DNA of 64,000 nucleotides, filler included, from Basidiobolus ranarum (lineage: Eukaryota), in the NCBI GenBank assembly GCA_040143965.1. It is 12 parts of 12 records of this genome, joined end to end, with 100 filler letters (N's around TTAATTAATTAA, not from the genome) between each part and the next. Parts side by side here need not be neighbours in the genome. Positions count along the whole stretch, not along the records: positions 37,601 to 42,850 come from JASJQH010001655.1; positions 42,951 to 48,193 come from JASJQH010001656.1; positions 48,294 to 53,530 come from JASJQH010001657.1; 9 more parts are not named here. The stretch is one strand, 5' to 3'. Below, in pieces: positions 38,007-50,710 of the stretch. The position numbers and the translations under genes were made by a program. Under the pieces are notes generated by a model, which saw only the letters and a program-made list of their open reading frames with translations, was not told where the DNA came from and did no database searches. The first letter of the stretch is position 1, and each line of letters opens with the position of its first letter.

Positions 38007-38178
38007 TAATTCACATGGATACATTCTCACAACCTAATCATCTTTTTGAAATTCGTACATAAGCCTTTATTGTATCTCTATAATTAACTCGAGTTAGAAA
38101 ATAAACGTTTGTTCTAACTGCACCATGAATACTTGCGCATATGTTGTACAATGCTACCACGAGGCATTGATGTGAAAA

Positions 38179-40076
38179 TCAACGCTTCTTATTTCGGCGC
38201 CGATGCTGGCGCATTTCATTTTTAGAAATGCGTTCACTGGAATTGCCACCAAGTTTGTTGGCATCCTTCGATTTCTTATCAATGTGTTTCTTCCATATAT
38301 CCTGGATTATCATGGGCTTTGGATAATCTTCTCCAACAATACACCCATATTTTTGTTGCTCTTCGGGAGACATCTTCCAAGGGGAATGTATGTACTCAAC
38401 TGGAACATTTACAAGTTCTGGACACCATAGTTTCACATACCTTCCCTCAGGGTCGTAGTCCTTTGCTTGTTTGATCATGTTAAAGTGGCGATTCTCTCGT
38501 GGATCATTGCCCACTCCTGCAACTATAAACAAAGTTTCAGAGTTGAATTCCCATCTTTGATCAACTTGTGACTTACCATACTGCCAATTTCCGTAGTTTG
38601 AGCATGGATCGTAGTCTAGTAAATGTGTCTCAAACCATTCTCCACCGAATCTCCAGTCGATTGATAAATCTTTCGTCAAGAAACTGGCAACATTTTGTCT
38701 ACCACGGTTACTCATGTAGCTAAAAGATTTCAACTCTGTTAGACTTACGTAATAATTACGTTTACATGCGGACGTAATCAAGAATTACCCAGTTTTAATC
38801 AATTCTCTCATGTTTGCATCGACCCAAGGAATTCCTGTTTTTCCAAGGGTCCAAGCAGTCATCATACGTTTGTCAACCTTCCATGACTGATTACCAGGCT
38901 GTTTATGGTTGATTTGACTTAATAAACCATCTCTATAGAATAGTCCATTCCCGTATTTCCGACCAACAAGCCAAAAATAATCCCTCCACAATAATTCAAA
39001 CTGAATCCAGTATGTAGAGGTATTGGCCTCGTACTTCTCCTCGTATTTCCCCACTTCCCTCATGACCTCCCTTGGTGACACACATCCATGTGCTAACCAA
39101 GGCGATATTTTGCTAGAATACTCTGTGCCTATCAGGCCGTTGCGTGTTTCCTTGTATGTAGAAAGATTTCGTGAGTTCCATATCCAATCGTGAAGTCTTT
39201 TAATGCCTTCATCTTCGCCACCGCAGAACGGAAATGCCGATCGTTCATCAATTACAACGTCATTTCCTAGGGCCAACTGTTGAAATAATTCAGCATTATT
39301 TAGTGTCATCATACTCGTTAACTTCTCACTCTCTGGGAAAGGCTTGAGCTCCTTAGGAGAGGGTAAAACTTCTCGGAATAATGGTTCCAAGGATTCCACT
39401 TTTTTTCTGAATTGAGTATATACATCAGGTAGCTCGTTGATAGTGAAAGGAAGATCCTCTGGATGTACCAATGTCGCACCATTAAAAAATTTCACTGGAA
39501 CATCTAAATTTTTTACCAGCGTCTCTTGTACTTTAATCTCTTCGTCAGTCACCTAAATGATAAAAGTAAATATAAGTTTTCGGAATACCAAATATAAATA
39601 TTTATAGAAAGATCACCTCTTCTTGCAGATAGACTCCTTCAATGTTGTATTCAGTTAATATCTCTTTGGTTAGTCTAGGAAGAAACTCTTCGGGAGGTTC
39701 GTACGCTACAAGTAGTTCACTTCCCAGTTTTTTCAGGTTATTTTTCAAGTTCAGCACCGATTCCATCAGAAACCTCAAATAATTCGTAAAGAAAGTTGAG
39801 ATTATTTTGACTATTATAAATCAAAAGACAACCCACTTACTTGGTTCGCAGTTTACTACATTTTGGTAAACCAAACACTCCACTCTTGGGAGCTGTGTAA
39901 GCTTTATCTTTAACATTAGTCAGGTCCACTTGTCTGGGATCGAAACAGTAGATTGGAAGTAAATGAGAGACTTTAGGGTGCTTGTTTCCATGAAATAACG
40001 TAGGGTTGTCTCTCAACCGTAAGTCATTACGAAATAAACAAAGAATAATGGAGCGGGTGGTAGAGTTTGAAGTCAT
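38179..40076 (-). CDS. Cryptochrome DASH (photolyase/cryptochrome family), 5 exons
   Basis: [85 protein letters not shown]. Alternative ATG at 40106. Confidence 0.95.
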
Positions 40077-40706
40077 GCTTCCTTTCTTATCGTAACAACT
40101 TCCCATGGAGTAGTGGGATTTAAATGGGACTGAGGTCAGCTTTTACATAAAGTTACTTTGGGGATTATGAAACAGTAATAGGTTGAAGATCGATGATTAG
40201 AAATTACAAAGTAGATATTTACCTTTCATCGCAGGACTGTTACTTTTTTTCCTGGATCGAATATCAATACCACTTAGCATCACCTGCTGACAACTGAGAT
40301 TGAAATCGGGTTACTTGGACTAAAAAATCATTAGTATATAATGTATAGTCTTAAAGCACCATGACGAATGACTTGATGCATTGCGTCCACTAAAATTCAC
40401 TAGTTGGATCGGGATCCTCTTTCTCATGTAATGATTGGAAAGATTGATTTAATCCACGCAAGGTGCATTGATTGATCCTTTTATGATTACCTTATTGAAA
40501 TTATTAATGAATCCAATCTTCCGAATATCAATAATACTTTAATACTAACCGTCACCCTAACCCTAACCTAAACAACTCTTATTTATTTCTTTGTTGGATT
40601 TTACAATCCCCATCCCCATTCCCATTCATTAACCGTTAACCTCCTCAACCAAGTTATCAATATCTTTTTCTCTACTCTACTCTACACTACCTTTTCACCC
40701 TAGGCA

Positions 40707-41449
40707 ATGAGTAAAACTGTACTTCCTCTTCATAAAGTTATTATGGTGGGCAGTGGTGGAGTTGGAAAGTCCGCCCTAACTTTACAATTTATGTATGGAG
40801 ATTTCGTTGAAGAATATGACCCAACCAAAGCAGATTCCTACCGTAAGAAAGTAACGTTAAATGGGAGCGAATGTCAAATAGATATCCTTGATACCGCAGG
40901 TCAAGAAGAATATGCAGCCGTAAGTATTAACCAGTTCTATTATGATTGAGAGAATTACAGGAGGGGAAGAGAGAAAACCTTCTTCGTTACCCATCATTAA
41001 CCATTTCTACTTCCTTCTATTAGATTCGGGATAATTATTATCGTTCTGGTGAAGGTTTCTTATGCGTATTTTCTATATGTGAGGAAGAGTCCTTTCAACA
41101 TACTGAGGAGTTTCGTGACCAAATACTGAGAGTATTAGACAACCCTTCAGTAAGGTTTATCTTGAATATTTCCAGGATTTCTCCCAGATAACTAATGTTC
41201 TTACATATTTAGGTCCCATTTATATTAGTAGGTAATAAAAGTGACTTAACTCATTTACGTAAAGTAGATCGAGAACGAGCTGAAGCTAAAGCCCATGAAT
41301 GGAATTGCCCATACATTGAAACCAGTGCTAAAACCCGAGATAATGTGGATCTCGTATACACAGAAATTATGAGTAAAATACACATTCAAAAGTCCATACC
41401 TAAAACTTCTATCAAAGCTACCAAACAAGGATGTTGTATTTTACTTTAA
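40707..41449 (+). CDS. ral: Ral-family small GTPase, 3 exons
   Basis: [71 protein letters not shown]-terminal CCILL prenylation motif. Confidence 0.95.
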
Positions 41450-41816
41450 TTTTATTTCATTCTCTCGTACTATTTTTATATCTAATATTCCCTTTCTAAA
41501 TGGCTTTTTTTACTTCATATATTCGTAATTCTCTTGATTTACCATCAATCTATCTACCCCTTTAAAATAATTATTCTGCAGCCCTTTAACTTGCATATCA
41601 ATCTCGGAACTTAATGTTATCATAAATGTTTGTTTTCTGTAGAAACTATCCATTAAACTTTCTCCACCTTATATAATCATTTAAACTCACATTTGCATCT
41701 ATTATTTCGTGATAATCAGTTTCATATTTGGATAGTTCACATATATACAAAATTTATGTTTCAATACTCAGCCAAGCCATATTTTATTAAATATTGATAG
41801 CTAACTTAGATGCAAT

Positions 41817-42497
41817 TGTTAAAGTATTTTTGGAGCCCATTGGAAGTGGTTTTGAGAATTAGAGAAATTGATGGTTTTATTGAGTTGAAAGTTGACATTT
41901 ATAGCTTTGTCAAGAAGTAAGCAAATAAACATATAGAATATGTTAAAGAAGGTCCCAGGAACATTTGTTCAAAGTTTGGGTCTTCTAGCACAAGTCAAGA
42001 ACAATAGGCAATATCTTAGTGAAATATAGGATAATTAAACACTAAGCCATATATGGCTATATAGGTGTTTAGGCAATGCTAACTTCAACACTTTCCCTCA
42101 ACTAAGTAGTCATCTAAGCCAATCCTAAGGAAGGTTTAAACTTCTCAAATTTCTGCCAAGCTAATGGCTTGGTTAATATATCAGCACTTATGTTTTCTGT
42201 AGAGCAACAACTTGAGTTAATAAACTTATTCTCCATAGTCTCTATAATAGAATGATTTCTAATATCTATATGTTTGCTTATAGTATAAAATGTGGAATTT
42301 CTAGCTACTTGTGATGTAACATTGATTATCTTGAAATATTGTATTTGGCAAACTTTGTAAGTAGGCCCACTATGTTAGGTGTTTTATTAAGCATGTTGCT
42401 TCTTTTGTTGCTTCAAAAGCAGCCATGTATTCTGCTTTGGTTGTTGAAAGTGCAATAGTAGGTTATTACTTTGAATTCCAAGAAATAGCTTCATGAA
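41817..42497 (-). mobile_element. Copia 3' end: RNase H remnant, PPT and 3' LTR (family A, 41817-42090)
   Basis: Minus strand 'IALSTTKAEYMAA', 'KHIDIRNH', 'ADILTKPL'; PPT TTGAGGGAAAG directly before the LTR start TGTTGAAG. Confidence 0.9.
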
Positions 42498-42850
42498 CCC
42501 TAACAAAAATAAAATTGATTTGATCTGGATTGGATCCACCCTCCAAAATAGCAAAACCATCAGAGAGCCATCACAATATTGTTGGCTTGCATTCTGCCAG
42601 GGATTTTGATGGTGTGATGGCAGTTTCTTGACGGTATCTTAACAGTATTCATACATGTTAAAATATTGATCCTCAAATTTGGCATGCATTATTCAATATC
42701 CAGCAATTTTTGCAAAAATTTAATTTTTGAATGGCAAACTACTGGGTTTACTGCTGTAGGAATTCAAATTAATATGCATGCCTTTATTTAGATATTTTAG
42801 GCTTTGTATTCCAGCCATAATGAGAATCAAAAAATACAAGAATCTTGTTG
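42498..42850 (-). mobile_element. CMC/CACTA element terminus abutting the Copia remnant
   Basis: Reverse complement of ~43935-44287; begins CCCTAACAAAAATAAA exactly where the Copia RNase H homology stops. Confidence 0.85.
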
Positions 42851-42950
42851 NNNNNNNNNNNNNNNNNNNNNNNNNNNNNNNNNNNNNNNNNNNNTTAATT
42901 AATTAANNNNNNNNNNNNNNNNNNNNNNNNNNNNNNNNNNNNNNNNNNNN

Positions 42951-44287
42951 TTAGGCACTATTTATTTACTATTCAACAACATTCCAATACTACTACTTAG
43001 CTATATAATGGAAAATTCAATACTCAAGTGGTATTGTGACAAAATTTCTGCCTGATAAGTATTGGCAACAGTGGGAGTTGTATGTCAATATTGTTAATAT
43101 GTTCTTACACCATCAACTTACATTGGCAGATCTTGGGCAGATACAGCAACTGTGCAAAGATTTTGTAATTGGATATGAAAAATTTTATTTTGGTTTTAAA
43201 GAAGATAGAATTAATCTCTGCCAGTTTTCAATACATTCCCTGCTTCATCTTTCACAATGCTTAGAGATTATAAGCCCTTCCAAAACATTCTGGGAGTTCC
43301 CAATGGAGCATACCTGCAGTGAAATGATGCTCTGTGTGAAATTGTCAGTATTACCATATGCTAATATGATTAACAATGTATCAGCAAAGTCACTGATGGA
43401 TGTAATGTGATTGGTCAAAAAGACTACAGAGTTGATTAAACCTCCAACAAAGGGTTCTTTTTACTGTGCTCATGGGTTTTTGCATTGTTTGAGCATAATA
43501 ACAGCAACAAAGCTTGTCCATGTATACAGAGTAAGTACCTCTATAATTTGGACTAATTTGCTTGTGGGTTAATCTAATAGTATTTCTAGGTAAGCTGCAA
43601 CACAGTCTTCTGGGTGAGATAGATCAAAATATGCAGTATTATTGTTTTAGGCATGGGGTAATCTGTTTCAGCAATGACACATCTACTTGTGGCATGACAC
43701 TTGTTGACTGCAATTTGGAGATATTTTGGCTGAATTCTTTACGGAAATTTGTCAAAATCCAAGAGCTTATTTGCATTGTGAACGGTAACAAGAGTCAGCA
43801 ATTTGCCAAGTGTCAGTTGTGTTGAAAATTTCAGATGTTTGATGATTTTCCCACTATTAGTTTGCTGGTAAAGCATATTGATGTTGTAGAGTTATGTCTA
43901 TTCAGTCAAGTATTTACATATGTAGAGACTAAACCCAACAAGATTCTTATATTTTTAGATTCTTGTTAAGGTTAGAATACAAGGCCTAAAATATCTAAAT
44001 AAAGGCATGAATATTAATTTGAATTCCTAAAGCAGTAAACCCTGCAATTTGCCATTAGAAAATTAGATTTTTGCAAAAATTGCCAGATATTGAATAATGT
44101 ATGCTAAATTTGACAATCAATATTTTAACATGTATGAATACCATCAAAATACCATCAAGACACCACTGTTACACCATCAAGATCCCAGGCAGAATGCAAG
44201 CCACCAATATTGTGATGGTTCTCTGATGGCTTTCCTATTTTGGAGTGTGGATCTAGCTGGATCAAATCAACTTTATTTTTGTTAGGG
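42951..44287 (+). mobile_element. CMC/CACTA transposase 3' region (DUF4218-like) and right terminus
   Basis: 'FVIGYEKFY...IHSLLHLSQCLEIISPSKTFWEFPMEHTCSE...PYANMIN', a decayed H.llH...GP...W.fpmER.cG motif; ends GTTAGGG. Confidence 0.85.
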
Positions 44288-44399
44288 CCAAGAAATACAG
44301 TGGCTCATATACTACGGCATCTACCAGAAAGCAGCTAGTCAATTTGTTTTGTTACTAAAAAACTATTGTCCAATAAGACTGCAGTGCACTATTAATGGT

Positions 44400-44950
44400 T
44401 GTAAAAGTTGGAGAAGCTTCCATACCAGCCTTCAAGTAAGTAAGAATTATCTAGCTTCAATGATTAACAATGTTGAAGGTGCCTAGGACAAAAGATTCAC
44501 AGACTTTTATTTCCTTCCATTTCCAGTGGTACTTCCCAATAGTGTTCATATCAGAAGTATTCTTGACACATTTCATGTCAGAGTTAACAGGCCCAATAGC
44601 AACCAAAAGCTGTTCTTTTCTGGCAAGCACAAAGTTGGCTGTGTAAAGTTTCAAACTTTGACAGTTTTGAAAGGAAACATAATCTGGTTTAGTGGCCAAC
44701 ATATAGGGAGACACTATGACAAAAGCTTTGGGCTGAGAGGCATGAACAATTTGTAAGATATGAGAAGACTATGGCTCATTTGGCATATGTTAGACAAGAA
44801 TGCAAAATGCTAGAATGTCTCACCACTGACAAGGGGCCCAGACAAGAGATATTCACAGAGAGGCAAAAGCTTTATGATGACATTTTTTCCCATTGTAGAA
44901 CAAGAGTAGAACATAGCTTTGGTTTCCTATTCACTCTATCTTCTTGAAAC
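44400..44950 (+). mobile_element. Degenerate PIF/Harbinger-like (DDE_Tnp_4) transposase
   Basis: 'ILDTFHVRVNRPNSNQKLFFSGKHK..CVKFQ...GNIIWFSG.HIGRHYD', then DKG (~44828) and RTRVEHSFG (~44897). Confidence 0.75.
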
Positions 44951-44979
44951 CTGTAATTCAGTTTTAATATTCAATTACA

Positions 44980-46000
44980 AAATCTTTGCCCAGTTGCTGT
45001 ATCTTCCTGAGATCAGCCAATGTGAGTTAATACTGTAAGAATATATTAACAAAATCTACAAAAAACTCCAATTTTGCCAATACCTATGAGGTGGAAATCT
45101 TTTCAAGATTCCACTTGTATATATAGAAATCCAATACTTTCAGTCTTTGCATTTGAACAAACACCTAGATGAGTGGATTTCAATGGGAGTCCTGGTAAAA
45201 TATGATGGTATCTTGATGTTTTCAAGCATTTTCCCAATGATTCAAACTTTGATCCTATCTCAAATGACATTTAAGGTGATTAAAAGTACTGGCCAGCAAG
45301 ACTTTCCAACACTGTGCTTGTTTAGTGAAAAACCATCTGGAGCCAATGCAAATGCATGATCATACATGCTCTCAGAGAAACTTTGACTTTTCAGATTCTG
45401 ATAGTGATATCCATCAACTTTATTGGTAATACCTTCAGCTTTACAGTGAGCACTTTGGAATTGGATTTATGATCTCTAAATGGGGGACTTCATCAGAACT
45501 TTAAGATGGGGAATCAATGGCATGTAGGCCAAATATGAGCAATATTTACCAAATATGGTGATTGCCAATAGTGTGCAATCAGTACATGCCCTCAGGTTTT
45601 TCAGAGCACCAGTGAAAGACAAACAACCAATTGAACATGAAGGTAGTTTAATTACTGAAGGATTGTAAGTCATACAATTGACAAGTGATTTCCACTTGTA
45701 CCATGTCTGTGGCAAGCAACAGTTGCCAATCAACTGTGATAAAAGTGTTAGAAAACCAATGAGCACCTGGTTGCTAAAATAGGATTGACCTCTCCATTTC
45801 TCAATAAATCAAGCTGTTTCCTTTACTGTATGTGTTATGAGTGTACTAAAGCTTTCCAGTGACAAAGAGTCTGTAGCAAAACCATTTTCTTCTTAAACTT
45901 CTGATATACTTCCTTCAGTACTGTAATAGCCAAGGGCAACATCTAAAAGCATGTCGGCAAAGTTTTCTGGACTTACTGGTTCAACCAAAGATTCAGATCT
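44980..46000 (-). mobile_element. Degenerate CMC/CACTA transposase N-terminal region (Transposase_21-like)
   Basis: 'SCSIGCLSFTG...ACTDC...YMPLIPHLKVL' and 'AFALAPDGFS...SCWPVLLITLN'. Confidence 0.75.
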
Positions 46001-47809
46001 ATCTATATCATCATGGTCATATAACTTTGGTAACTGCACAGTTTCATGACTTTTGTTAGTGTGTGTAGTGGTTGAAGAGGCTAGAACTGGCAGACACAAA
46101 CCTCAAGGGAGACAACTTGAACAATGAGATACTGGAATGCAACCATTACAATGACCAGTCAAAAGAGGTGAAGCTTCCATTGTTGTTGAAGAAGCAATTA
46201 CTACCTTACACAAACCACAAAGTAGATGACTCACTTCAACATGTACTGCCATGTGACTGTGGCCACAACTGGTTGAAAGAGATGAAGCATCTACTGTGGC
46301 AGAAGAATAAATTACTGTCAAGCACAAATCTTCAAGAAAGTTGATGCAGAGAACTGCATGCCAGCTGCAATATATGATTAATCTATTAAGTGAAGGCACC
46401 ACATCTGAAGAAGAGACTGTTGATACAAACAAACCTCAAACTAGATTGGATGAGCCAATGCATACCACAGCACATCAACCTCAAGCTACAACTCATGCTG
46501 GCCAAGATACAGGCACTACAGCAGGATCAAACTAACCAACACAATGCAGAGATTCAAACAAAATTCCTTCCATGGAAATTTTGAGGAGACAACACATATA
46601 ACAGATGCAAATCAGCATGTATCACCTCAAACCTGGGCAACTGCTGAATGCTCTTGTCAATACTTAACTTATCCTATCTTCACTGCTTAATGTATCAAGT
46701 GTAATCATTATGGATTGTGGTTAGATGTAGCATAAATTGCTTTAGTTAAATCACAGTTGCTAGTGTCTTTATGAAATACTGATGGCAGGAATTTGGCAAA
46801 AATCAAAAAAAGCAATGATAGCCTATCATTGCAAGCAATTTCACTATAATTAATTGAAAAATATCTGTCCCTTCAAAGCTTGTGCAGCCATATTGGCTCT
46901 ATATGGCTTAATCCACTCACATTCTCACCTAAATAGAAGTTTGGATGATTGAATGCATAGTTTGCTAATCTAAAAATAATGAATCAAGATATTGTGATGA
47001 TTGCTATCATACAATCAATTGATCCATCATCAAGTACTGTGATTTGTCACTGGTGTGCCAAAACTACTAGTGTTTCATAATGCAGGAGCCATTGGGTCCA
47101 ACTGATGATCAGGACATGGTGTGAGTGAGAGACAAATGATTGGCCTAAAAACTTGTGAATAACTTGGTTAAGCATTTGATTGGGTAATTTAGAGTATAAA
47201 TACCGTATTGTTACATAATAAATAATTGGTTAGTTACCAACTAGGGGACAAACTTGCATTGTAAGTTATCTAATATCTGAATTTGGCAATACTAGATTTG
47301 GAACTTGGTACAAGCTGGCACAACATCCCCAAAGAAATCATTGTGTCCAATTGGGATGTGATAGTGCCATATTGTTCCTTATAGTGTCTGATTAAGTGGT
47401 ACAGGACCCAGCCATGGTAATTGACAGATTGTGCCTGGTAGTGTGCTAGCAGACTGGATCTAGTGGCATAATCTGACCTGGCCAAATGGAACAAGTATAT
47501 TGATACATAGTTTTCTGAGATTCCAGCCAATCATGTGCAATCAATTTCCCTGTGGTAAATATGGAAAGAATACCAGAGGAAGAAACATGAAAACCCAAAT
47601 ATAGGGGTAGGAATAGCATGAGAAAATGGGAGGAAAAAAAGACTGGTAGAGAAACCTCAAGATAATTGTTGCAATACTAGCATAATCCCATTATGAAATA
47701 GTCAGAAAATAGTTTGAAAGGCAAGTATTAATTTTTTTTGTTATGGATTTGTATCATCTTGAAATTTTACACTTACCATACATCACAATCTCTGCAGTCA
47801 TATGAAATA

Positions 47810-48193
47810 TTAAAGCTGCCCATTACACTCCTGCTACCAAATTACGGGTCAATAAAAACAACTGTACTTCTTGATTCAGGTGCTTCCTCCTGTTTTATTG
47901 ACTCTGCCTTGGTAAAATCCCACTCTATCCCAATAATCAAGAAATCTAGTCCACTCCTTGTACAAGTACTTGATGGAAGGCTGCCATCAGCAGGTGCTGT
48001 AACACATGAGACAACCTTTGCGACACTCATGTCCACTGCTCATCAAGAAGAAATAGCCTGTAATATCATTTCTTCACCTCACCACCCAGTCATCCTTGGT
48101 ATCTCATGGCTCATGCAGCACAATCCAGTAATCAATTGGAAGAAGAAAATTATGACATTCCAGCAAACTCCACCTCCTAGCCCACATTTGCCA
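47810..48193 (+). mobile_element. Ty3/Gypsy retropepsin (aspartic protease) fragment
   Basis: 'VLLDSGASSCFIDSALVK...PVILGISWLMQHNPVINWK'. Confidence 0.9.
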
Positions 48194-48293
48194 NNNNNNN
48201 NNNNNNNNNNNNNNNNNNNNNNNNNNNNNNNNNNNNNTTAATTAATTAANNNNNNNNNNNNNNNNNNNNNNNNNNNNNNNNNNNNNNNNNNNN

Positions 48294-50150
48294 TCATAAA
48301 AATCAGCTCCTGGTAATTACAAGTAGCCTTTTACTCCTAGTCTTGCTTTGTACCTTTGTATGGTTCCTTCAGCATAGTTTTTGACTTTGTAGACCCATTT
48401 GCAATCCATTGACTTTTTCCCTGATGGTAGAGGACTTAAAAACCCATGTTTTATTGTCCTGAAGTAAAAGAAAACTTATCAGATATTGCCTTTTCCTATA
48501 TTTTTGATTCTGGACATTCCAGTGGTTGATCTTGAGTCTGTGACTTGTCACTCAATGCTGCATAAGCAAAGTTTTTGCCAATATCCTGGCTTGTTTCTCA
48601 ATCTGGATGCTCTTCTGGGTTTGGAATCATCCCCAGATGTAGTTAGGATTGGAGTTTTGGCCTAATCTAGCTGAGATATAGCTGGAATTTTGTTGTACAC
48701 TTCTTGAATAGTGCTGATTGTGTTTCCTGGATTGAGAACTGCAATTTGAGGTGAAGAACTTGCTTCTTCATCTAAGATCACACCTCTGCACTTAGTTAAC
48801 ATCTGAGCTTTGGTATCAAACAGTCTGTGGGGCTTAGATCCATCACAGTAACCAAGAAATATGCAATTTCTGCTTCCAGGTACCAATTTAGAGCATTTGT
48901 GAGCTGGAATAAGGCTATATGTAGTACAACTAAAGAACCTGAGATGACCCACACTTGGCTTTGATCCATATAGGGCTTCCAATGGAGTATAATTTTATAG
49001 CAATCTTGCTGGGCATCTGTTTTTGATATTGACTGCAGTTTTTGACATAGGCTGCAGTGGAGATAGATCCAGCCTAATATTGGTGATGTAACTTTTGATC
49101 ATGTAACATTAATCTTGCCATCTCCACCATGGCCCTATTAGCACATTCTGGAACTCCATTTTGCTGTGGAGTATAAGGTACAGTAGTTTATGGCTTAATT
49201 TCATTTTTAGAACAAAAACTAGTAAAGTCTTTAGAGCAGTTTTCATCATCATTATCACTCCTTAGTACCCTTATTTTTTGTGCTGATACTTGCTCTACCA
49301 TTGCTTAGTCATGCTTGAATGTAGCTATGGCTTCAGATTTTTATTTGAGAAAGAATACTCAAGTATATCTTGTTCTTTCATCAATAAAGGTCATAAAGTA
49401 CCGTTTCCCACCAAGTGAGATGTCTTTCATGGCCCACATAGTTTGTAATGAGTCAGGGCAAAATTCAGAATGGATTTGATCTTTCCAGAGCTTGAAACAG
49501 GCTCTCTGTGGTGTTTTCCATTTATGCAACTTTCAAACAGATCCAGTTTAGTGATATTTACAATTTCTCAGCCTGAAACAAGCCAATTTCTAATCATTTA
49601 GGGCAGTTTTTGTTCCTCAATGAAGTCTAATTTTCTTTGCCATGTTTGCCAGCTTTTTTCACGGGTTTTGGCCAAGTTTGCAAGTTCAGAATGTGATTTG
49701 TTGATTTTTAGCATGTATAATTTTTGAGATTTGATCCTAGTAGATAATATGGCATTATTCTGATCTGCAGTAGTGCATTCAGCCTTGCTAAACATGAAAT
49801 TTAGTTGTTGCTTGGCTCACTGAGAGTAGATTCTTAGCTATATTTGGTACATTGAGTACATCATGCAATTTTCAAGATGATGTAGCTGAATTCTGGTCTA
49901 AGTTTAGCACAACTGTGCCCTTACCAACTGCATATAGTGCACAGTCATTACCTAAGTAGACTTTCCTTGATTGTATGGGTTTTAAGCTGAAAATCCATCT
50001 TTCTTGTTTGACATATGCTGGGAAGCTCCTGAATCAATGTACCAAGTTTCTGAGTCTTCTTTTGTGGTTACTGATAGGGCAGTTAAAGTATATGATCTCT
50101 AGCAGTGCTTACTTGATTTGCTTGTTCCAATTTTAGCTTTTGAGCAGTTA
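48294..50150 (-). mobile_element. Degenerate Copia pol (protease, integrase, start of RT)
   Basis: WYIDSGASQHM (~50015-50045), YFMTFIDE, TVPYTPQQNGVPECANR, 'KPSVGHLRFF...CIFLGYC'. Confidence 0.9.
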
Positions 50151-50710
50151 TGTGAATAGAACTTTGAAGGTAGAAGTGCAAGATCACTCAAGCCAGTGGG
50201 ACCAGAAAGGTTTGAGGAGATGTTGCTAGGTGTTGAGGTTCATTATCCCAGTGCTGATGGCAGAATATCTGTCGACTCATAACATTTACATTCAAGAAAG
50301 GAGGTTTAATTATTAAGAGTGGAGTGTTCAATCCAATTTTAGCTACCAGGTTTTTGATGGTTTTGTTTCATTTTTACTCTTGATATTAGCCAAATAGCAA
50401 CTCATTACTCAGTAGTTAGTTTGTTCATGTTTTAACAGTTTAACACTTAAATCCCATCTTTAAAAACAAGTATATATTTCACTTTGTTGTAGAAATAACA
50501 AATAGATTGCTTTTCCTAATTTTTGCTATTATTATGTATCTTCTCCAGATCATGGCAATTTTTGATCCATACTTTACAGGCAAGTTTGCCATGATTTAAA
50601 CTCACTCATTAGTCCTATTTATTAGTAAACTATAAATAGGACATAATTAATTCAATAAAACTTAAGTGTCTAATTCACAAATCACAATCCCCCAATCACT
50701 TTTATAGTGT

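Noticed and set aside
42498-44287. Long inverted repeat pair (42498-42850 versus 43935-44287) as the TIRs of one element
   Set aside because: The copies lie on different contigs separated by a linker and represent the same end of the element.
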